NCBI RefSeq assembly: GCF_036588685.1 | Contig: NC_086383.1 | Coordinates: forward strand, 17,794,001-17,858,000 | Length of the DNA stretch: 64,000 bases | Origin: Mytilus trossulus | Taxonomy: Eukaryota | Direction of reading: 5' to 3' | Part shown: piece by piece, positions 37,114 to 50,424 of the stretch | How the letters are laid out: each line of letters starts with the position of its first letter | How positions within the stretch are numbered: position 1 is the stretch's first letter | Notes under the pieces: model-generated | What the model was told of the DNA's origin: nothing | The model's database searches: none | The model's input: only the letters and a program-made list of their open reading frames with translations | Position numbers and translations under genes: made by a program

Positions 37114-38200
37114 TTTCACAAAGAGGCAAGAAATAATGAATCAAAATGTCAAATTGATCTACCTTGACAGCATTGCGACATATACATGATATACACTATT
37201 ATTTCAGCTCGAAGTGTTACTCGATTCTTACCCTTAAACTCGCACTCTACAATCCATGCAGTATCTGATTAGGTTGTCTTAATGTTTATCTCATGTGTGA
37301 TAGGTGTTTTGCTTTTATTCGAAACCGATCTTTACTTTCCCAGACAGTTTGATGGTATCTATATTTAACTATAGAGTATGCCGTCGCTATTCACGTCTCC
37401 TTGTTCTTTTCCGGGGTAGAATGGTCAAATAATAAGACATCAATGTCCGTTGTCTACTTTCGACGATCGAATGGTCCACCAATAAGATTTGGCCTAACTT
37501 TTCGCGTCTACCTTAAAGGTTGCCCCCAACAGAGTTGTCAGAAGGAAATATTAAAAATGACGCTCCGTACATTGTATGGATACCATCACGAATTGATATA
37601 TACGATGTGTCTATTTCTAAACTGACTAATTATATGTTAACCACGTCTTTGAGTGCTGATTGTTAAAGATCCATTGGTAGTGCACACATACTTTTACAAA
37701 GAGGCAAATAAATAAAGAATCAAAAGGTCAAATTAATCTACTTTGGCAGCAATGCTTCATATAATCTCTAAATTTTGCTGGATGTGTTACTTAATTCTTC
37801 TCTTTTACCTTGCAAACCACCTTTCAGTACCTTTTTAGTAGGTCTTTAGACTTTTCTCGTGTGCGTAAAGCGTTTTGCTCTAATTCGTAGACGATTTATA
37901 CTATCCTGGCACTTTGAGGGAAGAGAGTATGCCGGCGCTATTCATGTATCTGTGTCTTCTTCCGAAGAAAGAATGGTCAAATTATAAGGCAAAGCATCAG
38001 CGTCTGTTGTCTTCTCTTGACGATCGAATGGTCCAACAATAAGATATGGTGTTACTATTCGCGTCTACATTAAGGGTGGTCCACCAGAGATTTCAGGAGG
38101 AAAAATTAAAAATGACAATCTGTAAATTTTATGGATACCATAACGAATACGTTGGTCTATACGAAGTGTCTGTGTCTTCACGAACGTATTTTTTTTTATC
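37114..38200 (+). repeat. Diverged ~580-bp tandem duplication containing PLE RT C-terminal remnants
   Basis: Units start near 37114 and 37692. HQRFQEEKLKMTICKFYGYHNEYV resembles the PLE RT tail (compare HQGFRYHKLVKTFTKFYHRY in the intact element). Confidence 0.5.
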
Positions 38201-39348
38201 TTCAGCGGTCATGAGCAAAATGTCCGTGTTGAAGGACGTACCTTGACCTATAATGGTTAACTTTTATAAATTGTAACTTGGATGGAGAGGTGTCTCATTG
38301 GCACTCATACCACATTTTCCTGTATCCATTATATTTGTTTTATGGCAGGTTATTGTTTCGTTCTTACTAAATTCTTTTGAAACTTTCTCGACTTGGCCTG
38401 GAACTAATAAGAGCCTGGAATATAGTGCGGAATAAACTATTGTCTTAAATATTTCTGTTGTTAGTTGATGTCTCGTTGACGTAACAATCATCTGTTATTC
38501 ATAACTAAAAAAAACACACAACTAAAATTATCTATGCTTGTGAAATGCAGACTGTAATTTTAGTTTCTTGTGTATAATTGAAATTGAGTATGGCATTAAT
38601 TATCACTGAACTAGTATATATATTTATTTGGGGCCATATAAGGACGACTCCGTGTACGAAAATTCCCGCTGCATTGAAGACCTTCTTCTGGTGTCTGTTC
38701 TATGGTCGGGTTGTTGTCTTTTTGACACATTCCCCCTTTCCATTCTCTAATTATTTGTTTTGCTGAACGTTGCTCGGGTAGACGAACCGCTTTATTGGAT
38801 ATAGCTATAACATTGACTTCTTTATCATACCAGAATCAACAATTTAAATTACAAGAAAAAATTCGACCTATGAACGAAATGCAAATGAATATCAAACAGA
38901 CGCACATATAAAATTATCGTATATGCAAAACTAAATCACCATTATTTTTTCGAAAAAAAGAAAGGCATTGATAAAAAAAAACATCAAAGTTATAAAAATA
39001 AATCATTAAAATTTAAAGTAAAAGACATGCTGTAAATTGTTGAAATCAAATTAATATATCAAAACTGAACGAAAAGTGAGAAAAAACAAGGAATTAGTCA
39101 AAGAAACTTTGTATTTTACGTCCATGAAAGGTTTAAACGAAAGTTATAGAACTTATATTATCAAAATGTTATCAGAATTAGTTCTTGATATATCACGATT
39201 TTTTAAGATATCAGCAAATTAGTTTTGTATGTTTATTACATGGATTGAAAATATGAGACAAAAAGTTACGGAAGCCTTTAACAGCCATGTTAATTTATTT
39301 TTACAATTTGATATGACAAATGATTAATTTAATATAACAGATATATAA

Positions 39349-42300
39349 TATAGCAGACCTCGCTATTTAATCACGCACGCTGGGCTCGATTGATAACAAT
39401 TGATACTCGAGTTATCAGTCAGTGAAAGGAATTTATTGACAAGATTGGATTACCCCCCTTAAGCGGACTAAGTATTATCAATGACTTATAGAAAAATCCG
39501 TCTTTTTGGAAAATTTATAGCTTACGTAGTTTTATTTATTAAATTTGCTTCTAATTTAAGACTTTGTGATCGAAACTGCCGATACGCCTTGTTTGCAATT
39601 GTATGTCATTGTTGTGTAATATAGTATAATGGACATGACATTACTATGGTGACAGTACGGTAGTTAGATATACCGCGTAGTCCGGTTCCCGGAATGATTC
39701 ATTGATAAATATTTAACTCAGGATAATATCTCGGACAGTTACCAGGTAGCGAGAATTGGCGTATTGGCGGGAATATAACGCAAGTAACATTGCCAGAGCA
39801 GACTTATAATAGAAGATATTCGGTGAGTTAGTACAATTAGGAGCATTGCATTGTATAACGAATATTAGTATTAGTATTAAGTGATAATACTCGGAAATCA
39901 CATCACTGGCGCTTGACGAGTAGGGTTTCCTGTAATAATAGAACAAATTGGGACGAGACACAGGAGTGAGTACGTCACGTGTAATTGCGAAGTTCGTATT
40001 GCTACATTTGGTATAGTATGAAATGTTTGAACACGGAATTAATATAAGCATAAAAAATTGCGTTAATTACAGTGTTTACTAACTTATTTAAGAATGAATG
40101 TTACACGTTTGGCTCAAATTAGCCGTTTTGCATAGAAAGTAGTAAAATTAGCTGGCATCCGATAAAACTAGACAAATTAGCCATTTCCTGAGAAAATGAG
40201 CCATGGTTGGATTAAATTAGTCATTTTCCAAAAAATAGCCCGGTTTTTTTTGTGGTTAGCCACAAAGCACTTACTAATTGATTTTATTTTCTAGTTCAGC
40301 AACCAGTGATTTATTTAAATTTGTGTTAATATAACATTTTGTCAACATTAGCTTTTCAGCAGCATTGCATTAAAATCAGTAGCTGTTTTTATGAAGAATT
40401 AATGTTGTTGCCAGGTGTGGGAAATGTTATAGCTGATAAGATTATTGCTTTGAAGGAGACACTTGGTAATATTCAGCCTGAGCATCTTTCTGAAATACCA
40501 AGGCGAAAAAATTACTGAAGCGTTGGTGGATTTGATAAATTTTTCACCTGTTACTCAGCAACCACAATACAATTCGCTCACAATTCAGTTATGATTTTCA
40601 AGATTATGTTGACATTGGTGAGGTGAAAACAACTGCATTTCATTCAGAAATGCATGAATTTTCAGATTCTGACGCACCTTCTGATGAATATGTGTTTAAA
40701 CGTGAACGTGAGGAAGTCAAGCGTGATTTATCATGTCCAAGTTCATCAATGAGCAAATCTTTAGATTATACATTGAGGTATGGAGTTCATCGGTACTCAT
40801 AAAAAATTTCAAGATCTTATGAAAAGAAGTCGTTACTTCAAACTGAGTGTGGCGATCAGAATAAAGTTCAAAATTTTGCTAGTGATCAATAATTTAAGCT
40901 AGAAAACCTTCATATAACAGATTTAGGGTATACGAAACCAAGTATCATATTAAATGTTGAGGAATATATTGACAAACGTGATAATTCACGTCACCAAACT
41001 ACCCATCATCAAACACTACAGTTGGGATGGCAGCAAGGTCCCAAACAAACATTGAAAAACGTGATTATTCATGAAACCATAATCTAAATCAGCAGACATC
41101 ACAGTTGGGATGGCAGAAAGGTCCAAATGAAAACATTGAAAAACGTGATTTTTCACGAAACCATAATCCACATCAGCAGACATCACAAGTGGGATGGCAA
41201 CAAAGACCCAATGAACACAAACCTAGAACAAAAAGGCCTGTCACAGTTCAAAGACGTCATCAACGGTTAGAATTACATACACAATCAACTATAATTCGCC
41301 GTAGAATACCTTCACCTGAAATTCAACACAGAATACGTATACCTTCAGCAGAAATCAGACGCAGAATACCGTCACCTAAAATTCAACGCATAATACCTTC
41401 ACCAAAAGTCATACGCAGAATACATTCACCAGATATATTCAGGGAACCAGTATATTCCTTGAGAACATATGTACACCAAACCCAGCATACTTTTTCTACA
41501 ATGAACAGAAATATTTATACGTCTAGACCATTTTAAGTTATCATGAGTCACCGCAAATTATGCCTCCAGCTAAACCAAAATCAAAGAACCTAGAAATACA
41601 AAAAAGACTGAAGTATGATGGTTCATCAAGTTGGAAAACTTTGTACACCAAGTTTCAGAGGTATGCTGATCTTTTATCGTGGACTAACACGGAACGAAAA
41701 GACCAACTGTGTTGGTGTTTACATAGTAAAGCAGGTGATTACTATGCAACTTTAATTGACAGGAACCAGGGTTTTGATAATTTTGATGTAATTCATAAAC
41801 CTTGAGAAAAATTTCAAGGCTTGCCTGAGACGTTGCAATTGCAGTTCATGAGTTCAAAATGCAAATGAGAAATTGAAAGATTGGGCATATCGATTTCTCT
41901 CGATAGCATGTAAAGCATTTAGAGATCATATTCCTGACAATTATATGTACTCACAAGATGGAAATTATGCCAGGGATGCTCAGATAAAGAAGCTGGTCAA
42001 CATGGAACCCCAACTAGACCAACATCTGTTGAAACAGCAATCGATCAGATAAAATGGTTCCAACATAACCACACAGCTATATTTGGTAAACCAACCGGTA
42101 AACGTGACCCAACACCACATCAGGATGAACCAAGTTATGATTTTGATAGCGACCTAGCTGTTCACGCAATTAGTAAGACGGACACAAAGTCAAAATTGTC
42201 TAAACAAAGGTAAAAATTGCTAGAAAAGATATGACTGCTATGTAAGCATTTCATAAATAGGAAATTGTAGACCTTAAACAGCAGTTTCAAAAAACAACAG

Positions 42301-42780
42301 CAGGCAAAACAGTTTCCTGGACAAAATGAAATCCATCCAGCAGCCCAATCATTTAGCCAACAAACCAACAAACAAGGTAATCGCAAACAATGACGTAACA
42401 GGAATAATAGGCAAGATAATCAGCGACAATCACCATTGAAAAGGCGCTGAGACCTATACCACCTGAGAAATTAGCAAATATGGCTTGCTATTTCTGTCAT
42501 CAGTTTGGACACATACAACGGCACTGTCCTGAATTACAGTCACCGACAGGAAATAGTTATACAGATTCTTTAAACGGGCTAATGGGCGGAATCCATACTC
42601 AGTCCACACCTAACCGCCTAACATTAAACACTATTTCAAACGATATTAACAAGACACCTGTTTCGGGGATTATCCTGTTAAAAACATGTGACATTTCAAC
42701 ATCTACAGATACTTTGTTTAATTCACCATTTCACAGAACGCTGCATGATAATGATTTATATGATGAAATCCAATGAGGAC
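39349..42780 (+). mobile_element. 3'-truncated Ty3/gypsy LTR retrotransposon: putative 5' LTR (about 39349-40105) and decayed gag
   Basis: LTR-like segment ending GTTACA followed by TGG. Capsid-like YDGSSSWKTLYTKFQRYA..W...KDQLCWCL and CCHC knuckle CYFCHQFGHIQRHC (42486-42527). Many stops and frameshifts. Only one LTR seen. Confidence 0.75.
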
Positions 42781-43269
42781 ATATAGTTGGACACACCCCT
42801 TTTTTTTAAACTGCTGGATCCGCCCCTGGTGGTTTGGGAAACAACGCTTTACATTTAGGTCAGATAATTTTGTTATGTAAAATGAGCCATCCAAACAATT
42901 GAAATAATAATCCCCCCCCCCCCCCCCAAATATCAACGGCCTAATTTATTTAAAAAAAAAAAAAAATTTATTTGTTCTCCTCTTATATTTAATGCGTTTC
43001 CCTCGATTTTGTTTTTTGTCCATGGATTTATGAGTTTTGAACAGCGGTATACTACTGTTGCCTTTATGTAACACATCAACAATAGAAAATCACTGAATTA
43101 CAGGCTCCTTACCTGGAACAGTCACATACATGCAGAATATGGCGGGGTTAAACAAAAGTCATGTTCTCTTGCCGACGAAAAAATTGAAATGAAACCGGCA
43201 AAATAGCAAAACTATTTATAATATTAATCGATATTTTGCCGAAGCCTTTATATTTAGACAAATAGTTCT

Positions 43270-43700
43270 TTAAACTTATAAATCAATTCTAGCCGTAGAA
43301 TTTGTAAATCCGTTTTAGCCGTAGTATTTATAAATCAAATCTAGCCGTTGAATTTATAAATCAATTCTAGCCGTAGAATTTGTAATCATTTCTAACCGCA
43401 GAACTGTTCTAAAAGTAGAACTGACTAAACTGTCTAAAACTGTTCTACGGTAAAACTGTCAGTATCAGTTCATCGGTCGAACTGTCCAAATCAATTCTAG
43501 GTAGAACTGACCAAATCCGTTCTAGGTAGAACTGTCCAAATCAGTTCTAGTTAGAACTGACCAAATCAGTTCTAGCTAGAACAGTTTTAGCCTTGAACTG
43601 ACTAAAAGGTGTCAGGCTGACAGTTCTACGTACTGTCCTAAAACAGTTCTCCAGACAGATTCTGGCAGATTTAATGAGAGGTTAGAAGTGATTTCCACTG
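43270..43700. repeat. 24-27-bp subterminal-type tandem array with palindromic GTTCTAGCTAGAAC core
   Basis: Recurring ttctagccgtagaa and gttctag.tagaactg units; ends GATTTCCACTG|TA. Confidence 0.75.
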
Positions 43701-45149
43701 TATATAATACATGATGGACTTACATATATCTAAACTTGTATGTATATTTGTCAGCCAGTACTAAAACCACACAGCTTCCCACAAAACATTGTATCACAAT
43801 TTAAATTAAGATGAAAAGTGATGACTGTTCCGTGATATCAGAAAGGATATTCGGCGACAAACATAAGTCATTCTGAGGCAAAGTTCAGCTTAAATCCCAA
43901 ATGTGACAATACGTCAATTCAATCAGAAGATGTTCCTGATTTTGGACAAACACATGCATAATTGGTTGGATTATGCTCCAGGTTTTTCCTCGCATCTCAA
44001 GCATATCAATATCGTTATTTTAGAATGAAATCCGATATATAAAAAGACACAAAAGAAAATCAGTACGGTATTGCATTTAATTCTTGAACACCGTTAAAAG
44101 TTAAAAGATGCGAAAATTGAAATTTAGTTAGCAAGACGCTAGTTTTGCCTATTAAGATTATCAGTGTCCTTGAAAAGAAGAACTTGGGAGGCAAAATTAA
44201 TAACGATGTCTTCAGAGCTATGTATAAAAAAGATACTGAAACTTATTCATCATCCGACTAAAATATATACAACGGCAAAGGAACCAAGTTAAAAAAAAAC
44301 ACAGAAAAAGCAGCAAATGATTTCAAAAAGTGATTTTGTAGAAATCAAAACAAACGTTCCAGTAGTGCTTCCCACTATGAATAAGCGCATTGATCTCAAT
44401 TAAAAAATTTACTCAGGGTTACCTACGAAAATTCCTAAGGTCACGCTGAGTTAATTTAAGAGAAAGTGATAATTCGAATGGGTCTCCATCATGTCCATTA
44501 CAAACAAGAGGAAGAAGATACAAATAGGAGAATTAAAACGCACAAGTCAAAGAATATCCGGTAAAATCATGACAAAAAGGTTGAAAACCACGAAATAACA
44601 AACAAGTGTTTAAAAAAAATATTTAAATGCCGAACAAAGAACATTTAAAACGAAAATACCCTAGCTTAACAAATGACAAAATCAAAAACTCAAACACGTC
44701 AACCGAATGCGAAGCATCTGTTATATTTCTGACATGGTACAGACATTTTCTTATGTGGACAATGGTGGATTTTATAGCTTGATAAACATCTCACTTGTAT
44801 GACAGTTGCATAGAATTCCATTTCAAAAATTGGTAGTGTTATGATATGTAGCTTTCTATTCCTCTTTCGGTTCCTATTCACAAATGATCTTGTATGATAT
44901 AATCAAATCCGATAATCAACCTACAAGTATGTCAATGAACGGCTTTCGACAATGATAAATATCCGTTTCATTGTAAATCGGATTAACCTAAATAACTGTT
45001 ACATATGAAATTAAACATCATGTGTCAGTTACCCTTGCATAATGGATCTAGAGAAGAAAACATAATCTACGAGTAAAGGATGTATATTTAGAAACTGTAC
45101 TGACATAAAAGTAGTTGATGTATAATAACTTACAAGTAAAGAGGAAAAT

Positions 45150-45169
45150 ATGATGTCTTATATTTTAAG
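45150..45169 (+). CDS. PLA2 paralog D, coding exon 1 (MMSYIL-R)
   Basis: ATG ATG TCT TAT ATT TTA AG|gtaaag. 20 nt, phase 2. Confidence 0.7.
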
Positions 45170-47176
45170 GTAAAGTTGTATGCTACATGTACCTGTAGGT
45201 CTGATTATATTTTAGAAGGAATATTGCTTCACTGATTTAAAATATCATATACATGTTATTGTTAAAAGCATCAGCATAAATAATTAACTTCACAGAATTT
45301 ACGTCAAAAACTGGTTTTATAAAAAAGAAGATGTGGTATGATTGCCAATGAGACAACTATCCACAAAAGACCAAAATGACACAGACATTAACAATTATAG
45401 GTCACTGTACGGCCTTCAGCAATGAGCAAAGCCCATACCGCATAGTCTGCTATAAAAGGCCCTGATAAGACAATGTAAAACCATTCAAACGAGAAAACTA
45501 ACGGCCTTATTTGTGTAAAAAATGAAAGAAAAAAACAAATATGTAACACATAAACAAAAGTACAACCACTGAATTACAGGCTCCTGACTTGGGACAGGCA
45601 TTTACATAAATAATGTGGCGGGGTTAAACATATACATTCCTAGGCTTTCTAACAAGCAGCTTGATGTAAATATATATAAAATATGTATTGTCCCAAAATA
45701 TCAAATAAATTTGTACAATGTACTAGGCTAAGACATCTAAAATACGATGGGTGTATGGCTTTGCTGTATATCTCTTTAGAATCGATAACACAATGGTTGA
45801 TCATTGCGGTTTTGCTTTGTTTCTTCTCTTACCTATTCTAACATCGGTCTCGGACTTCTTTTAAACTAAGCATCGCTGTGTATTTTTTTATTCCACACTG
45901 GTTAAGGAAAATTATGACTAGGGTGAGACTCACAAAACTTGTTCAATCCTGCAAGCCTGTTTTAGTCGGGAACCCCTACCCTTATTCTTGTGTGTGTGTG
46001 TTTGGTTTTTATTTTATTTTGGTTTATCCGATGTTTCGGAGCTGACTTTGTCGATTATAGTTTGCTGGACAATTATACATTAACATGGGAGGCAGCTGAA
46101 GCCCACATGATGGTGCAGGATTTGCTCGTTATGTTAAGGATATATTTGTGGCTGTGTGTTTTTTTTCTCTTCTTTTGACGGGTTGTTAATTTTCTCTTTG
46201 ACAATTTCCCCGTTTCCCCGTTTGTATATTACAAATTATATTTTGAGGCAATGTATTCTATATAATAATATAGTCAACATACATGTATCTAAAGCAAAGA
46301 CTTGCGATACAGTAATGCATTGTTGCGAATGACACAAATTCTCAACATAAACAAATGACCTATTAACGAAAAAAAAAGACATCTTTAGGTCACCGTACGA
46401 CCTTAAACAATGAGTAAAACTCATACATCACAGCAAGCTATAGGGGACCCCGGTATGTATTTCTTTTTATATGTCAATTAAGATAGGAGTCGATTAAGAT
46501 ACAAGATACAAGATAAAAGTTAAATTATTAATCAATCATGGAGCCCAAAATTTTAGCTAAAATCAAAGGAATTATAAAATAAAGCACAATATATATATAT
46601 GATTAGAGTGATTTGAAGTCGATCGAACCTTTAAAGATCGGGGTTTGATCTCAACCTCGTTCGACTAGTTGTGTTGTCCTGTCTCACTTTGTTTGCAGTA
46701 CAAACAATTCCTAATTACAAGAAGTTAGTTATAATTTCGAATAAAGGAACGATGATCAGCAGTAAGGCAAACTAATAAAACAAAACGACATATAGTGGCA
46801 TTCGGCTGTTGTTTTCGCTATATATATGGTCGGGTTGTTGTCTCTTTGACACATTCCCCATATTTCCATTCTCAATTTCATATAACAGTTGATCATAATA
46901 AACTGTCAACACATAGTGACAAGCTCTTTACTAATAACTAACAAGGATCTTTAGTTAAGAAAACATTCTTAAAATTAAAAAAAAAACAAAAAAAAACGCT
47001 TCGAAACATTTAGGGAAGCTCGAAATTTGGGTCAGACAAATGGCAAAACGGTTAGTAAAACTGTTTTAAAAATTTCACACGCACACATTTAATTATTCAG
47101 CATTTTTGTTAAGTTACTACTGTCTAATACAAAATTAATCAACTACATGTAAATAGTGTACCTTCGATCTTTTTAG

Positions 47177-47363
47177 GAAAATTCCCGTCACCATATTACT
47201 AATATGTGCTGTTCTGCAGTTGACATCTGCTGAACAAAGTCCACTTTGTTTCGAGGTTCAAGAAGGGCTAACCAATGGATGTAGTGTCCCACTATTTGGA
47301 AAATTTCCATACAAAAAGATATTTGAACCTGCCTGTCAACTTCATGATTTATGTTATAATTGT
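47177..47363 (+). CDS. Secreted conodipine-like phospholipase A2, paralog D, exon 2
   Basis: ctttttag| ... |gtaagt, 187 nt. Reads KIPVTILLICAVLQLTSAEQSPLCFEVQEGLTNGCSVPLFGKFPYKKIFEPACQLHDLCYNC. Confidence 0.9.
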
Positions 47364-48163
47364 GTAAGTTGTATTTGTCTAAATTTAAATTATGTTAGTA
47401 TTACGTGATGAAAAAAAGGAGTAAACATATGTAGAAATCACATGACAAAAAGTCACACATATCCCTTTTAATATAATTGATTGAATACATAATAACAAGT
47501 TCTTGAAATCATTTCTTTTTATTGCTTATATTCATTTGACAATAATTATTTATCCATCAGCCTTTATTAATGAAGATTTATAAAATTGTTGTTATTCAAA
47601 GGATTTTCTATTGGCAACATAAAGTCAGACAAAGATTTGTTTTGTGACCTTTTGTCCTACATTCGAATAATAAATACATAACACACACACACACACAACA
47701 TTGCCTGCTAAACTTGAAACTCAAACGAGGAGGAGACAATGAGATATATGTACATTTTGTACACTAAATACAAGAAGTTTGAAATTCGATCAAAATGTTT
47801 AAGGTTTTATTTAACTATAAACGCTCAGACGGTAACTGACCTGATTAACCATGACTATGGGGGAAACGGCACTGTTACATTTTCCCAGCATTAGGTTGCA
47901 TTTTGTGTACCCAAGATAGGTGAAGGAAGTCAACTTACGGGAGCGCTGTGATTGGATGTAAGGGTACAATATTTTTTTTATATTTATTTATGAATAACTG
48001 CAGTGATTTATATTTACAATATAAATTTTGAAAACTATTGAAATATTTTCTAGAGAATTATTCGATAAGACTTCTAAAATTTCATAAATTTTGTGAAAAA
48101 TTACGGTGGGCATGGATAACATAAACAAGTTCCGTGGGAAGTTGGTCATGATACTATTAGGCT

Positions 48164-49252
48164 TCTATACTATTACACGAGAAGACCTAAGTTTGTGTGT
48201 CGCTTCTCTTCTTTCCACAATAAATTAAACACCATTTCTCTGTGTAATATAGGTACAGTACATAGTCGCATTTGTCATCCATTCATATGATTATTCAGAT
48301 TGAGTTATTTTTGAAGAAAAACGAGAAAAAAGGCATCCGGATATTGTATCCGTCATTGGACGAAATTTTTAGTCAGATTAGACTTCCGGATTGTTTTTTT
48401 TTTTTTTTTTTGTATACTTGCATATATTACGAATAAAGTGTAGTTTCTATCTGCTAACATTTTCAAGTTTACTATCCATGGCGGTCACAGAGTTTATTAA
48501 TAGAAAGGGTCTGTATACTATATCAATGACCGCAGTGGGTTGATTAGTAAACTGAGAATTCAAAGTAAAAAACATATAATATACATGATATACAGATAAG
48601 AGCTAAAATTATTCTTGTTTTAATAAAATTAATAGTAAAACAATTGTGAATTGGAAACAAAAGGAGGAGCCGGGATAGAAAAACAATTTTCATGTCCCAA
48701 AGTACCTGTGACTTTTGATATCTTTTCTGAAATTCTCCAGTCATTAAATCTTTTACAAAAAATCAACGATTACAAAAAAAAATGAGGTATGATTGCCATT
48801 GAGACAACTCTCTACAAGAGACCAAAATGACACAGAAATTAACAAGTATAGTTCACTGTACGGCCTTCAACGACGAGCAAAGTCTATACCGCATAAAAGT
48901 GAGCTATAAAAAGCCCCGAAATGACAATGGATAACAATTCAAACGAGAAAACTACCGGCCTTATAATTTATGTACAAAAAATGAAAGAAAAACAAATAGG
49001 AAACACATAAACAAACGACAACCACTGAATTACAGGCTCCTGACTTGAATGTTCATCACATACTGAATATATGTCCATATTGAAATTGAAAGACAAAGAA
49101 AAAATGGAAATTTTGGAAATAAAGGAGGAGGGATAAAAAACAATATTTTCCTTAGATTCTCAATTCATTTAATCTTTTACCAAATTCTTCCTACAACACT
49201 TCACATTCTTTCAACCACGATCTGAATGCCTGCGATTTCGCGGGTGTTATAG
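48164..49252 (+). mobile_element. Non-autonomous Helitron with a nested repeat (48775-49048)
   Basis: 5' TC(tatactatt). 3' GC-rich hairpin gcctgcga-tt-tcgcgggt followed by ATAG|T, a variant of the CTAG end. Confidence 0.55.
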
Positions 49253-50271
49253 TCAATTTTTAAAACAGAAAAATAAAGTACTAAAACCACACATAACTGT
49301 TTTATTCAAGTTTTTATTATAAAAAGGGGTATATTTAGAAAAATGTTAGTATTATCGCCTATGGCAGAATAAATAGTATCGTTTTCCCTAAAATATCGAT
49401 CGCTTCCGCTATTAAAAAAGCATTGACCTAAACATTATTTTTTTTAATCTCCATAAAGACACACATTGAAAGAGGATTATTCCATAATGATGTTGTAAGC
49501 TGTGTTTTTTTTTAATAAGATTCAAGTATAAGTATTAACCCGAATAATCCAGTCGTTATATTTAACACATGGCATGAGTAAAATCTCTTTGTTCTTACTG
49601 TGCTATAATCTGGATAATGCACAGATAAGGTGTGTATTAACTACCTTTAGACTATTTTTAGACTTAATGGAAATTATAACGACTTTTTGAATATCTATTC
49701 CCCATATTTTTGGATCGAAAATAAAGGGGGTCATGTTAAAGGTTTCTTTTAAAACAGGGAGATTAGCTGGAGATCAAACATTCTTCATTTAGATGGACGT
49801 GTTTTAAAAAAGTAATACAGTAGATACAAAGCAATTTTGGGGAGGGGGAGTAAAAGATTGGAAAGAGAAACGTATTTTCTGTTTATTCAACATTTAAAGT
49901 TTAGGTAATCTTACTCGGTTTATCTTTCTCTTTTAAAGCATATCATTGAGGGAAAGAAATTCAAAAGCTCAATAATCCTTTCATTTTTTTTTTCATACAT
50001 CAATTTGAAAGAACACAATTTGTCAAAGTCTTAATCGTCACCTATTAAAAAAAAATGGGAATAGATTTAACAGAAACATTAAAAAAAAATCTACCATTAA
50101 ATCGCATTTTTACAGCAAGTCTAAACCAAAAAAAAGTTATCACTTTAAAACTTACCCAAGTCGTATTTCCCCCTTTCTTTCCCCTACAAGGAGCTTGCAT
50201 AGGATCCGTGGATTGCATAACATCGTCCACATCTAAAACGTTCTCGTAAATTAATGACGTCATGTGTTAAA

Positions 50272-50424
50272 ACAGTTATTGGCCAATCAAATCGGTATGT
50301 AGAGGTTAATCTGCACGCTCAGGGTGACCCTCTAACCCGAACTTCTCCGTCGTTCGGGTTAATAAGGGTCACCTGAGCTGTGCAGATTAACTTCTTTATA
50401 CCGACTTGCTTGGTCAATAACTAT
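50272..50424. repeat. About 150-bp imperfect palindrome (hairpin MITE-like)
   Basis: Arms agttattggccaa..gttaatctgcac.gctcagg.gtgaccct..aacccgaac and gttcgggtt..agggtcac.ctgagc.gtgcagattaac..ttggtcaataact around a 9-nt loop. Confidence 0.85.

Noticed and set aside
41105-41536. Stand-alone 143-aa Arg/Pro-rich protein
   Set aside because: It is an internal low-complexity piece of the decayed gypsy gag.
47613-47660. Candidate exon 3 for PLA2 D (GNIKSDKDLFCDLL)
   Set aside because: The G-x9-CD spacing fits, but there is no AG acceptor and no downstream M...C or YYxAV motif. The other candidate at 49758 has a stop at codon 3.
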